From contig JAHRHZ010000082.1 of NCBI GenBank assembly GCA_024137785.1, forward strand, positions 13,013,873-13,077,872: a stretch of 64,000 nucleotides of DNA. Direction: 5' to 3'. This DNA is from Ginglymostoma cirratum. Its lineage: Eukaryota. Positions 24,618-37,079 of this stretch are shown here, one piece after another. Every line of letters begins with the position of its first letter. The first letter of the stretch is position 1. The translations under genes and the position numbers were made by a program. The notes below the pieces were generated by a model that saw only the letters and a program-made list of their open reading frames with translations, did no database searches and was not told where the DNA came from.

Positions 24618-26157
24618 AAATGGGGGAGGGGAAGAGGGTTCTGAAATAAATAGGGAGAGAGGGGGAGGCGGATAGAGGATGGATAGAGGAGAGGATAGGT
24701 GGAGAGGAGGCAGACAAGTCGAAGAGGCGGGGATGGAGCCAGTAAAGGTGAGTGTAGGTAGGGGGTTAGGGAGAAGATAGGTCAGTCCAGGGAGGACAGA
24801 CAGGTCAAGGGGGCGGGATGATGTTAGTAGATAGGAGATGGGGGTGTGGCTTGAGGTGAGAGGAAAAACAGGTTAGGGAGGTGGAGATGAGCTGGGCTGG
24901 TTTTGGGATGCGGTTGGGGGAGGGGAGATTTTGAAGCTTGTGAAATCCACATTGATGCCATTGGGCTGCAGGGTTCCCAGGCTGAATATGATTTGCTGTT
25001 CCTGCAGCCTTCGGGTGGCATCACTGTGGCATTGCAGGAGGCCAAGGATGGACATGTCATCTGAGGAATGGGAGGGGGAGTCGAAATGGTTCGCGACTGG
25101 GAGGTGCAGTTGTTTGTTGCGAACTGAGCGCAGGTGTTCTGCAAAGCGGTCCGCAAGCCTCCGCTTGGTTTCCCCGATGTAGAGGAAGCCACAACGGGTA
25201 CAGCGGATGCAGTATACCACATTGGCAGATGTGCAGGTGAACATCTGCCTGATGTGGAAAGTCTTCTTGGGGCCTGGGATTGGGGTGAGGGAGGAGGTGT
25301 GGGGGCAGGTGTAGCACTTCCTGCGGTTACAGAGAAAAGTGCCGGGTGTGGTGGGGCTGGAGGGGAGTGTGGAGCGGACAAGGGAGTCGCGGAGGGAGTG
25401 GTCCGTCTGGAAGGCAGATAAGGGTGGGGAGGGAAAAATGTCTTTGGTGGTGGGGTCGGATTGCAGATGGCGGAAGTGTCGGAGGATGATGCGTTGGATC
25501 CGGAGGTTGGTGGGGTGGTATGTGAGGACGAGGGGGATTCTTTTTTGGTTATTGTTGCGGGGATGGGGCGTGAGGGATGTGTTCCGGGAAATGCGGGAGA
25601 CACGGTCGAGGGCGTTCTCGACCACTGTGGGGGGGGATGTTGCGGTCCTTGAAGAATGAGGACATTTGAGATGTGTGGGAGTGGAATGTCTCATCCTGGG
25701 AGCAGATGCGGCGGAGGCGAAGGAATTGGGAATAGGGGATGTCATTTTTGCAGGAGGGTGGGTGGGAGGAGGTGTATTCCAGGTAGCTGTGGGAATCAGT
25801 GGGCTTGAAATGGACATCTGTCTCTAGGTGGTTGCCCGAGATGGAGACAGAGAGGTCCAGGAAGGAGAGAGAAGTGTTGGAGATGGTCCAGGTGAACTTC
25901 AGGTTGGGGTGGAAGGTGTTGGTGAAGTGGATGAACTGTTCGAACTCCTCGTGGGAGCACGAGGCGGCGCCGATGCAGTCATCAATGTAACAGAGGAAGA
26001 GGTGGGGTTTAGGGCCAGTGTAGGTACGGAAGAGGGCTCCATCCCCGCCTCTTCGACTTGTCTGCCTCCTCTCCACCTATCCTCTCCTCTATCCATCCTC
26101 TATCCACCTCCTCCTCTCTCCCTATTTATTTCAGAACCCTCTTCCCCTCCCCCATTT

Positions 26158-26185
26158 CTGATGAAGGGTTTCGGCCCGAAACGTC
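26158..26185 (+). ncRNA. minimal type I hammerhead ribozyme motif (sense to CCDC137)
   Basis: CUGAUGA-A-GGGU(UUCG)GCCC-GAAA-CGUC; predicted cleavage after C26185. Confidence 0.75.
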
Positions 26186-27312
26186 AAGTTTTCCTGCTCC
26201 TATGATGCTGCTTGACCTGCTGTGTTCATCCAGCCCCATGCTTGTTATCTCGAAGACTCTGTCAGACAGCATTACTGAGCGGCAGGTAGGGTGAGGTGCA
26301 TAACCTGGGACAGGCAGTCAGCATCACTGACTGAACTGGACGAGGTGAGGAGCTTCACAGAGAGGCAGAGAATCTGGCGGTGAACTTCGGTGATACTCGG
26401 GACATAGAAACACAGAAGATAGGATCAAGTTAAACCCTCAACCTGCTTCACCATTCATCACGATCATGGCTGATTATTGAGCTCAAAACGCTAACCCTGC
26501 CCTCTGCCCATATCCCTTGACCCCTTCAGGCACAACGGCTATATCTATCTAGTACTCTTTCTTTAATAATATCTAGAAGATCCTAATTTTCATTTAACCC
26601 TTGTTGCACCATTTTTCCAGAATGCATTTTGAGTTTTCAACAGTGAAGAAAGAGATCCACAGACCATACAGTGCAGCACATCCGTAACATCGTTACAAAA
26701 AAGTCATTCCATTTTTAGGGAAATCTGCACCACGTATAAGCATTAGAAATATCAGCTCTGTTTGTAACACACCTGTTTTAAGGTCCAATAGGAAGATCGA
26801 GAATGTGACCTCTTGACAAGAGGTGGCAGTTACTCATCTGCCGTTCTCTAAAGGTTTGCATTCCTGACGTTTGTTGTTGTACCCTTCAGTTCTTAATGAG
26901 AACACTAGGTGGAGCAGTTTACTTCGGTAAAACTGCACGAACTGAAGATTTCAGTAAGCAAACGCAGCTTCCTGAGCTGTGCTGCAGAGTTGTCCTTATT
27001 TAAGAATGTATAGTGGAAATTTGTGGTTATAGTGGTTGTTTCTGTGGCTAGCTGGCAGCCTGAAGAACAGTTGCACCAAACACTGTTTTAAAGTGCGCGC
27101 CTTTCTTCTAAATACCTGAAGCAAAAATTAAATGTGAAGGGCTATGAAATTGCAGTTTAGAACCTAAGTAAGTTGTCAGGTTTGTGGTACAAAATTTGCA
27201 TACACAAATTTTCAGGCAGGCTGTTAAAGTGAGTTGAGTTGATGTGTTTGATTGAGAATCCGCAGAAAACATAATAGTAATTTTTCAGAATGGGATTGAT
27301 CTTATTTTGCAG

Positions 27313-27392
27313 ACATTGTGAGATTTGGAGAAGTGGCCATGCAGCCCCCGACCCTCACGGCTAAACCCAGGAAAAGCCAAGCCAATGATCAG
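27313..27392 (+). CDS. CCDC137: CCDC137 coding exon 5
   Basis: Phase 1 to 0; DIVRFGEVAMQPPTLTAKPRKSQANDQ (human DTVKFGEVVLQPPELTARP). Confidence 0.94.
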
Positions 27393-29151
27393 GTAATTAT
27401 TTTGTTTGTGTAGTATCAACTTATGTCAAACTGACATAGTTAATTTGTCTCGAGCATAGCCCAACTGTTCAGTTATGATTTCTTTCTGCATTGCTTTGAT
27501 ATTACTCTTTTTAAAAACATAGATTTATTATTTTATTTGTAGATTGTATAAAATTGCAACAGCTTCAAGTGTTCGGCGCAATCTGTTATTTGGTAGCCTC
27601 TTGCTAAATCCATGCTTGTAATTATAACTTAATATCACAGAATTGTTACAACCGAGGAGATAATTTGTCTATCCATACCACCTTACTGCCAGAGCAATTC
27701 AACTAGTTGCACTTATGTGCCCTTTGCCCGAAGCTCTGCAGTGTTTTTCCCCTCTTTGGATGCTTATTTAACTCCCTTTTGAAAATCGTCATTGAATCAG
27801 ACTCTACCACACGCTGAGGCATGCATTCTAGATCCTAACCAAAATGAAATTCTGTGGTTTATAAAGGGTAAACTACTTTTCTTGTGGCTAATGTAATTGG
27901 CTATGCTTGTTGTTTGTGTTTAAAAAGTTAATCGTTCAAACTTTAAAAGTACCGTTTTCTTATCATGTTTGATTATAACACATCCATTTAGGTAGGAAGA
28001 GGAAGGATGCTTAAACCTCTTGAACGTGTTTTCCCCATTTGATTAGATCACAACTGATCTGTATTTCTGTTTATGTTCCTTTCGTAATATTCTTTGCTAT
28101 CATTGCCCACTAAATATCTTAAGTGTTATTGACACATGATGGAAGAATAAGATTATCATGTTAAAGTGTTATAAACACTGGAGATCGTAACTTTTATGAG
28201 AAGATGGAATGATTTATTTGTTTACTCTGTAGTTGAAGGCACCCTCACTATGATAGATCTTCAGTAGAAAGATAAACTGTAACAACAGTGTGCATGTTGT
28301 GATTGTGTCATTAGCAACTACATCGAAAACTGTCCCAAACAGAATCATTTTAGGTTGAGATCAGAAATAATAAGTAATCAGCCACAGTGCTAAGAATGTG
28401 CCATGAACTGCCAAGCAGCGAGCAGGAAAATGAACTTCTGTTTCTAGACGGTTTGTGGAGCTATATTATAACTGTAGGAAATTTTAATTATTTAAGTTTA
28501 GACTGGGATGGCGAAATCGTTGGGGCAAAGAAGTTTTCTCGTACCATGTTTGTGACTTGTACAGCAATTAGATTGTTTCCACCTCAAAGAAGGAAGCACC
28601 ACTTGAATTGGAAGTAAATCAGTTAACCAGACCCTTTCACCAAGATTTGAAGAATCCTGAGGAAATATGAAGTGAATACCAGTGGTTCTGACTATCGTTT
28701 TTCAAAATTCCTTGGTGAGATACACATTTAGGAAACTATAAGGCGATATTGGCAAAAAATTGAATTTCGGGCACAGGTTATTAAAGCAAATTCAAGAATT
28801 TCTTTTAAAAGGGTATTGTGGTTTGAAAGAAGCATATAAAGGAGCATAGAGAATGAACAGTAGAGAGGGCTAGTGGAAAATAACATAACTGATTTAATGG
28901 AATAAATGGCTTGTTGCCATACCATTTTATGATTCATTACTAAGTTCTTACCTTCAAGTATACATTCAATAGAGCTTTGTGATTAATGAAGACAAAGATA
29001 AAACCAACTCTATGTAACTTTTGAATTTTGTTGTAATGCACACCTTTAGACTGAAGAGTAGTTTAGTCTTCAAGTCTAAATTATCTATCAGTAGTGAAGG
29101 CTTTTCTACTTTCCTTTGCTGTGTACTAAATCCATTATTCGTTCTTTCTAG

Positions 29152-29388
29152 CCTGGCCAGAGACAGTTACTTCTGAAGTCTCTGATTCAGCAAAGCAAGT
29201 GTACTCCCGGATGGAAAATGGAAGGAACTCAATACAGTAAACTGCCAACCATGTCAATGGCTCGTCAGAGGATGATGTTGGAGGAGAGGGAGAGGATCAT
29301 TAAAGCCTACAGAGCACTGAAGAAGCAGAAACAACAAACTCTGTCCCAGAGTAAAGATTGCATGGAGAAGCTGAAAAACCCAAAATAG
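29152..29388 (+). CDS. CCDC137: CCDC137 coding exon 6 (last)
   Basis: Phase 0; PGQRQLLLKSL...SMARQRMMLEERERIIKAYRALKKQK...*; total CDS 861 nt = 286 aa. Confidence 0.93.
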   Translation, partial: PGQRQLLLKSLIQQSKCTPGWKMEGTQYSKLPTMSMARQRMMLEERERIIKAYRALKKQKQQTLSQSKDCMEKLKNPK

Positions 29389-30366
29389 TCATAGTCTGCG
29401 ACAGGTGCTATTTGATGCACTAAATCAGGGGTCTGCTGGAACTGATGAGGACTGAATGTTCTTGATCTGTTACCTAATAACTGACCTTTTTCTTTGAACC
29501 TATTTGTGTTAACATATACAATACAGTAAAAGATCAAGATTATGGTCAATTTACTAGTAAAGAGATCCATTTTTGGAACCAAATGTTTATACCTGGAATT
29601 CTAAAGATGCTTGCCTGCTCTAGGTAATGATGGAAATCATGAACTGCATCAATAGTGAGGATACCAGGATGTTTTAAATGATGACTGTTCAGATGCGCTG
29701 GTATACTTGATATGTCCTCAAGTTGACTGCTGTGAAGTGTTTCTGAATTATCTTCCTGTGCCATTGTTTCTTGTTTATTGAATCTGAACTTCTTAGCCTG
29801 ATAAACGCTGACCATTTAAAGAGATCAGGTCATTGCTGGCAATCTTTATGGTTATAGGGTTGTAGAAAACTTCTTCCTTTTTATATTAAAAAGACACCAG
29901 TTTTGAAAAATGTTAATACTATTGTGAAGCGATTGGAAAATGGTTTTATATTGCATAATCCACCCCAAATATAAATGACCTGTGCCAAGAATGATCATGT
30001 GCAATCTATTCACCTCTTGTACCTCCATACTGTTCACTACTCTGATCTGCCAAGCATGCTTATTAGTTGAACTCTGTGGATTATTGACTTGCAGAGTGGT
30101 TTGCTTGGCCACGCACAATTTGCTTATCTTCACTATTTGTGGAAAGAAATACAAGTCTTCCATATTTTAAGAATAGCCATTGTGAGTGCTCTGTTTGGTG
30201 AGTGGGTGCCTGTAACAGTTCCTAATGAAACTTTGTGAATGGGGCTAAAAAGTTCTTTGATAAAACCTGCTAGTACTATCAGAATAATCCCATGGTGATC
30301 TTGCATTCTGTGAGTGCGTAGGATCTGTTAGGGGAATGATTTATTCTTTGTTAAACAGTAACTACC

Positions 30367-30372
30367 AATAAA
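30367..30372 (+). terminator. candidate CCDC137 polyadenylation signal
   Basis: AATAAA ~1 kb after the stop, just before repeats resume; ATTAAA also near 30448. Confidence 0.5.
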
Positions 30373-30734
30373 TCTAGTTTTCCATTATGTGCAATCATGA
30401 TTTATATCATGTAAAACAGAATCCTTTTGAATGTGAATGGTCCTGACATTAAACTTTGAAGTAGTTTGACAGCAGTGTTTGCAGATTTCCGTAGCAGTAT
30501 TTAGTGACATTCAGTTCTTAGTTCTAATATTTATAGAAGATAAGGAAAATTATTTTTAAGTCTGATTAAAGATGCCACGTTCATGATGAAGAGTAGGTTT
30601 TTGCCTGTACAATGGCAGACAAACTACAACCAGTGCAGTCTGTAATAGCAGCTGTAATTTTGGATTCATACTGCTCCCTATGAAAGAATACTTTTCATAT
30701 GTGCACGGGCTCTATATCAAGCACCAGCTAAGAA

Positions 30735-32250
30735 TTGAGTATTGAAATCTGGCACAGGCATGGTGGGCTGAATAGCCTCATTGTGTATCATTCTATGATG
30801 AAACTGACTGAGGGAAGGTGGAGAATGTGCCAATTGCTATGCCACAGATATGATCATTTTCCTGTCAATTCTGACAACTGTTTAAGAAAAGGAACAAGAG
30901 TTATTATAGGAATTATAGGTCTGTTGGCCAAACATCACTTTTAGGGAAAATGTTAGAATCTATATTTAAAGGTGTGATAATAGGATACTTTGAAAATATG
31001 ATAACATTGGGCAGAGTCAACATGGATTTGTGAAAATGAAATCAAGCTCAACAAACATTTTGGAGTTTTTTTTAGGGTTTAAGTATGCGAATAGAAAAGG
31101 GGGAACCAGTGGATGCATATATTATGCAGCGAGGCGGCACTGTGGCTGAGTGGTTAGCACTGCTGCCTCTCAGTACCAATGACCCGGGTTCAAATCCACC
31201 CTCTGGTGACTGTGTGGAGTTTGCACATTCTCTCCGTGTTTGGGTGGGTTTCCTCCGGTTTCCTCCCACAGTCCAAAGATGTTCAGGCTATGTGGATTGG
31301 CATGCTAAATTGGCCATAGTGTTCAGGAATGTGTAGACTAGGTGGGTAACAGGGGGATGGGCAGGGTGTGATGCTCTGAGGGTTGGTGTGGACTTGTTGG
31401 GCCGAAGAGCCTGTTTCCACACTGTTGGGATTCTGATTCTATTTAGATTTTCAGAAAAGGTTAGTTAATGTCCCATACAAGAATTTAGTAAACAAATTTA
31501 GGGTACATGGGTTTGAGGGGAATATGCTAGTGTGGATTGAGAACTGACTAATAGAATAAAAAGGAATAAATGGGTCATTTTTAGGTTGTCACATTGTGGT
31601 TGGTGGGATACTGCAAGGACCAGTGCTTGTGCCCTACTTACTTGTAATCAATATCAGTGACTTGGACTTGAACATTAAAAATAATATTTCCAAATGACAC
31701 AACTAGGTGAAAGTGTGAGATGAAAAGTAGGTGCAAAGTCACTTCGAAGGGGTTTGGTGAAGTAAAGTGAGTAGACAAAGTTTGGCAGAAGGAATGAAAT
31801 GAGGGGAAATGTGAAGTTATCCACTTTGGTAGGTCAAGGCAGAATTTCTCAAATGGTGAAACGCTAGGAACTACGAACTTCAGAGGGACACAATAGCCCT
31901 TGTTCATGAGTCGTGGACTCATTCAAAGATACAAAGTTCTAACTGGGCTCGACAGGGTGGATGCAGTAAAGATGCTTCCCCTGTCTAGGTGTTTAGAACT
32001 AGAGAACACAATCTTAGAATGAGTGACAGGCCATTTAAGAGTTAGAAGGGGAGGAATCCCTTCTTTCAGAGTAGTATGTCTTTGGAATTTGCCACTAGAG
32101 GGCCATGGGAGTTTGGTCGTTGAGGATGTTCAAGATTGAGATTGACTAATAGATTTCTATGTAATAACGCAGGAAACAGTTTTGGAATTGGAAAAGCAGA
32201 CATTTAATGACATGGTCTTGAAGGGCTGAATGGCCTACTTGTACTTCTGT
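30735..32250 (+). mobile_element. decayed CR1-type LINE with HE1 SINE insertion at ~31134-31442
   Basis: QSQHGF.K.KS..TN.LEFF, LDFQK, G..QG.VL.P motifs; SINE has A/B boxes and V-domain. Confidence 0.82.
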
Positions 32251-32987
32251 TTCTTGTGTTTTGCAAATAATATCAGTTTCCTATTAGTTAAACACAGTGG
32301 GCTTGTGCAAAATTGGGAATTATGGCTTTCCTATCTTTTCCATGATGCACCTCTCTGTATGAGGACAAGGCTTGTTCACTATTTGTAATGAACTAATTGT
32401 TACCAGTGTCCCCACCAAACTGTCCAATTTTGTCTCACTGAGTGGATACTATCTTCCTGTTGATGTTATCTGCCACTCACCCATAATTCCACACAATCAC
32501 TTGTACATTCAAAAGCCATTTACTGGCAGAGTAGCTATTAGCAAATAGTATTGAAACAAGATGATCCATTCTGTCTGAGAAATCATTGTCATTGGCCAGG
32601 TCCGGCTACTGTAGCAAGTAACATATTTGCAATTTGGAAATCTCATTTCAATCATAATGTCACAAATGGAAGCAGTATAAGAAAGTGCAATTTAGTCATG
32701 AAACAGTGGGAGGTCTGAATCCTATAGTGCCAGATCGGTCTGAAATGAGTTGGGCCTTTACATTTGATTTGTTTTGGTGGGTAAGAGTCTGGTAGACTGT
32801 GGGGGTTTGTTGTAGGGACAGGTACAGAAATTTGTTGCATTGTCTTTACTCCACAACTGCAGTCATTTTCTTCCAGTAACCAAAAGCCACCACCTAGTAA
32901 GGCAAAATAGACCCCAGTAATTCCAAGTTTGATTCCCAGCCAGTGGTAAGGTATCTTTCTGGGGAGACAAAGCATCAATGATTCAGT

Positions 32988-33086
32988 GATAACAAGGTGT
33001 GGGGCTGGATGAACACAGCAGGCCAAGCAGCAGCATAGGAGCAGGAAAGCTTGACGTTTTGGGCCTAGACCCTTCATCAGAAATGG
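32988..33086 (-). mobile_element. solo PLE pLTR mini-element with inactivated hammerhead
   Basis: 10-bp TSD atgattcagt 32978-32987/33087-33096; core reads CUGAUGA...CCC-AAAA (G12 lost). Confidence 0.85.
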
Positions 33087-35721
33087 ATGATTCAGTTCAC
33101 ACTTATGATCACTATCCAGTTAATATTAATGGAAAGTGTTTGTATGAATGTGTGTGTCTGCTGGCCTTGCTCTGATGACCTACATCGATAAATAGCTTGC
33201 TGTACCTAACACCAGGTAGTCCCTGTGCTGTGTTTTGAAGTGATAGAATGTTGGATTCAACACTCCAGTCTCCACAAATCCTATTCTTAAAACTTAGAAG
33301 CAAGATTTGTACTCGGCAGGTGAGAGCTTGGGTTGGCAGAGACCTGGAAATAGGCTTCCCACTCACACTGTCAGGCCAGGACCAGCACGTGGGGGTGTTG
33401 CTGAGAGTTAGAACGAAGTCCAATTCTGACCTCATAATGCATATCTACACATTCACATTCCAGAAAGTTGAATTAGAATTCCAATCAATTGAATTTGCCT
33501 ACCCAGTCACTGCTCCCCTAACTTCGGCCTCTGAGTTAACAATGGCAGTCACCAAACCTTTAGGTGAGCTCTGGAATTCCAAATTTTAATAAATCACTTT
33601 CATGGGAAATGATGCAACATAATTGATGAAAATATCCGGTTACATCAGATTACAAGGATTTGGGGGTTATGTTATCTTGTTTGTGTCTCTGTGGTGTTGC
33701 CATAGAAGTGTCACATGTGCAATGTCTAATATAATCACAAATCTTGATGATATTCAAGGGAGTGCCATCTGTTAGAACAGTGAAATATTGCAGGATCTGG
33801 TTAATGTTTAAAGGGAGATTGCAGACTCTCATTTGTTACAGGTCTGTACACGTTCGAGCAAAAAGAAATGCCAGGCTGTTATCTTGTGATGAATTTACAT
33901 TGGCTTTATAAAACATTCATTTAAAAAATAATTGAAATATCTGAGTTGGGTAGCACAGTGGCATAGAACGTTGTCCTTGCACTGAGTTCAATCTTTGCTT
34001 TAAGTAAAATTTGCCATAATGGATAAAGTCTTCAATGAGTTCAAAATGGATTGTTTCTTAGGGGCGGTGGTGAATCTTGAATGATCTAGTAGTTTGAATT
34101 AGGAAATGTAAACAAAATAGTAAAGGAGACAGTTTGTGCTAAGTGACTTTGAATTTAGAGGAACAAATCTTATCAGTCAAGTGACATTTTCTGTTTCTAA
34201 TGGGACTTGGCAAAGGAAGCTATTGCAGCTGAGAATCTTTGTGGTTACTCCTTATTAACCTGATTTGATTTGGAGGAACGAAATTAAAGAGTATGTCTTT
34301 TCAGATCTGCCATTTGGATTTAAATCAAGCAAAGAGCAACTGGAAAGGTAACATTTATATAGCTCTGTTAATGTCCAAAGTTACATTACAGTCAGTGAAT
34401 TACTTTCAAAGTGTGTCACTTATTTTCCAGGCAAACTGGCAGCCATTCTGCATGCACGGCAGTGTTCCATAATCTTTTATTGTGGAATTTGGGTGATGTT
34501 GTTTGAGAAATAAATGATGTCCAAAAACCCAACCCTGCCATACTTGGGATTGAGCCATGTGTGCCTCATTGATTAGACAATGACAGTGTCAATTCAGTAC
34601 GATACTGAGATGTCAACATAGATCAAATGCTTAAATTAAGAATGGATCTTCAATCTCTAACCAGCTAGTTCAAGAGACAAATATTACCACTAAGTCAAAG
34701 GTGGCACCTGAGATCAAAACCTCCTATGCCTGCTGTTGTAGAGGTAATTTGACCAACTTTAACTCTTCTTTAATTCATTCATGGGATTGGGGCATCCATC
34801 CCTAATTGCCCAGGTACCTGTTCAGAGTCAACCACATTGCTGTGGGTCTGGAGTCACATGTAAGCCAGACCAGGTAAGGATGGCAATTTCCTTCCCTAAA
34901 GGACATTAGTGAACCAGATGGGTTTTTCCTGACAACCGGCAATGTGTTCATGGTCATTATTAGACCCTTAATTCCAGGTATTTATTGAATCCAAACTCCA
35001 CCAGCTGCCATGGTGGGATTCAAACCCAGGTCCCCAGAACATTACCTGGCTTTCTGGATTAACAGTTCAGCCATAATACCACTAGGCCATTGTCTCCTTT
35101 TGCGAGAGTGAATGATTCAAATGTTAGTAAAAACCTGGAAGAGTCTCTGCAATGCTGGTGAGAGTAGACAATTGACCAATTTTTGTTTGGCAGGCATACA
35201 CAGGTTACATTAATTACATGCTTCAATGTAAGAATAGGATCAAGGTGCTGACGACTTACTCTTGCTTATAATTAATAATTCCACGAATTCTAATTGAGCT
35301 TGACATGATACATAAGGGATTAAAGTGTTCACTTCCATTAATCTCTTCTGGTCTGCCTCGTGCTAACTGCCAAGTTTCACTTGGTGGGACTCACGTTGTG
35401 GGAGATCTCAAGTGAAAATTGTATTGGGAACCTTGTTGCCTCAGCTTTTAATAGATGTTCTGATGCTGCATTGAACCCAGCAGCTAAAATTGCGAGAAAT
35501 CAGAAAGAATCTGGGATGAAGAGAATCATATTCATTTTAACCACCTACCCAACCAGTTTTGCTCTCAGGTGATCAGCACTTACACTTTTCAGAAAAGAGA
35601 GGAGATTGGGGACCAAAAAATACCAACAAATTAGGTTGCTTTAATCTAGTCACCTCTCCAATACACAAGTGAATGAGTTAATAATGAGGGAACAGAAAAG
35701 GAGCTCAATTAAATTAAAAAA

Positions 35722-35780
35722 ATATATAATATATATGTGTGTGCGCGCACACGCGGGCATGTGTGTGTATATATATGCAC
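35722..35780. repeat. compound alternating purine-pyrimidine microsatellite (TA/TG/CG/CA)
   Basis: atatataatatatatgtgtgtgcgcgcacacgcgggcatgtgtgtgtatatatatgcac. Confidence 0.8.
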
Positions 35781-36364
35781 ATTAAATTATAGGCGTTTTA
35801 TTAAAGATATTAATTTGCTGCCATATTCATAAATGGATTGACATTAAAAATTTCAAATCTCATTATCTGCACGAAAGAAAAAGATTAGACTGGTAGCCTT
35901 GAAAATGTAAAATTACTGGCAAAGAATCAAGGAACTTCAAACTAAGAGACATAACGGTATGTTTTAAAGTGTGGGAGTTGAGGTAAGGAAAACATAATTC
36001 ATATTTCAAGATTCGATGGGTTCCAGCAACTGGTGTGTTTTTATCTTCTGGCACTTGTACGGATTAAACAAAACAGCCCTACTGCAGCATGAGTAAAGAT
36101 GTTGATTTAATTATTTATGATCCAAATTACTCACATTCCACAAACTCTGTCCAAATTCAGTTTTCTGGGACCACACAATTCCATCATTGATGGCTGAAAA
36201 ATGTCGCAAAGCTTTTCCATCACCGTTCTCCTTCCCTTGTTCACACCTGAACAACATTCACTCAAAAACAGCAGTGTTGCTAGGCAAAGTTTCTTAGGGC
36301 AAGTAATTGAATAATGTGGAAAATGGTGTGCCAGGTAAATTATTGATCTGTCAGTCAAGAAGAG

Positions 36365-36374
36365 NNNNNNNNNN
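36365..36374. other. assembly gap
   Basis: 10 N bases. Confidence 0.99.
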
Positions 36375-37079
36375 CCCTTTTAAAAATTAAAAGAAATATT
36401 TCCCCAATCTCGTGAAGTACAATTTAAAAATGGCTCACAACAAATTCTTTAGGGCTAAAATGAAATTGGGTTCATTAAAGCATTCAAAATGCATGGAAAT
36501 GGGTTTAAGACACACATTGACACAGAAACCCATCCGAGAAAGAAAGGTAAGGGGATAAGTTACAAATGAATCAAAATCAAAGATACTGGCATTAGCTAAT
36601 GAAATAGAGACTCCATGAATTCATGTCCAGTTGAGGTCCTTTTATCTGGCTGCACACAGAAATCCTTTTCACAGGAACTCAGATGCAGTTGAGTTGCAGG
36701 TTAAGCTGTTCGCTGTATAGACAAAATAAAATTCTTTACAGAAACTTTTAAGAAACGTTGAGATCAGAGGCAGGTGTTTGCCAAGCCTGGAGTGGTTTAT
36801 GATGTGTTGTAAGTAGACTACCAAAGAAAAGTTGGAATTATTTCATTAAAGCTGTTCAAAATCCAGCAGTTTCAGTCGCATCACTGGAATTTTGGATTTA
36901 GCCACATTAGTAAGATGTTCTTCATCAAAACCCATTCTGTTTTGTTTCAAATAATTGCAGGGCCATAGGGACCATCTCTGCCTTAATTTGTTTCAATGGT
37001 TTCCCTTGCTTCAAACTGACTTCATAGACTTCTCATCTGTGAAACCCTTGTGTTGGCTTGGCTGGAATGTCTGAACAAT

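Larger units (their letters stand above)
24491..26251 (-). mobile_element. young 5'-truncated Penelope-like (Neptune-type) retroelement with inverted pLTR, in CCDC137 intron 4
   Basis: RT motifs YIDD and FLDL, CxxxxCxxC knuckle and VVY-CxxC-YIG endonuclease; one frameshift near the G run at ~25630; TSD gaagactctgtcaga 24478-24492/26252-26266; 217-bp inverted repeat 24524-24740/26035-26251. Confidence 0.93.

Noticed and set aside
24824-26205. Many overlapping Pro/Ser-rich and Gly/Glu-rich ORFs
   Set aside because: Off-frame and antisense readings of the C-rich PLE coding strand
36860-37060. Protein-like - strand stretch (DIPAKPTQGFHR*EVYEVSLKQGK...) considered as a pseudogene or UGA-readthrough ORF
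   Set aside because: Multiple stops, no recognisable homology and no SECIS-like support seen
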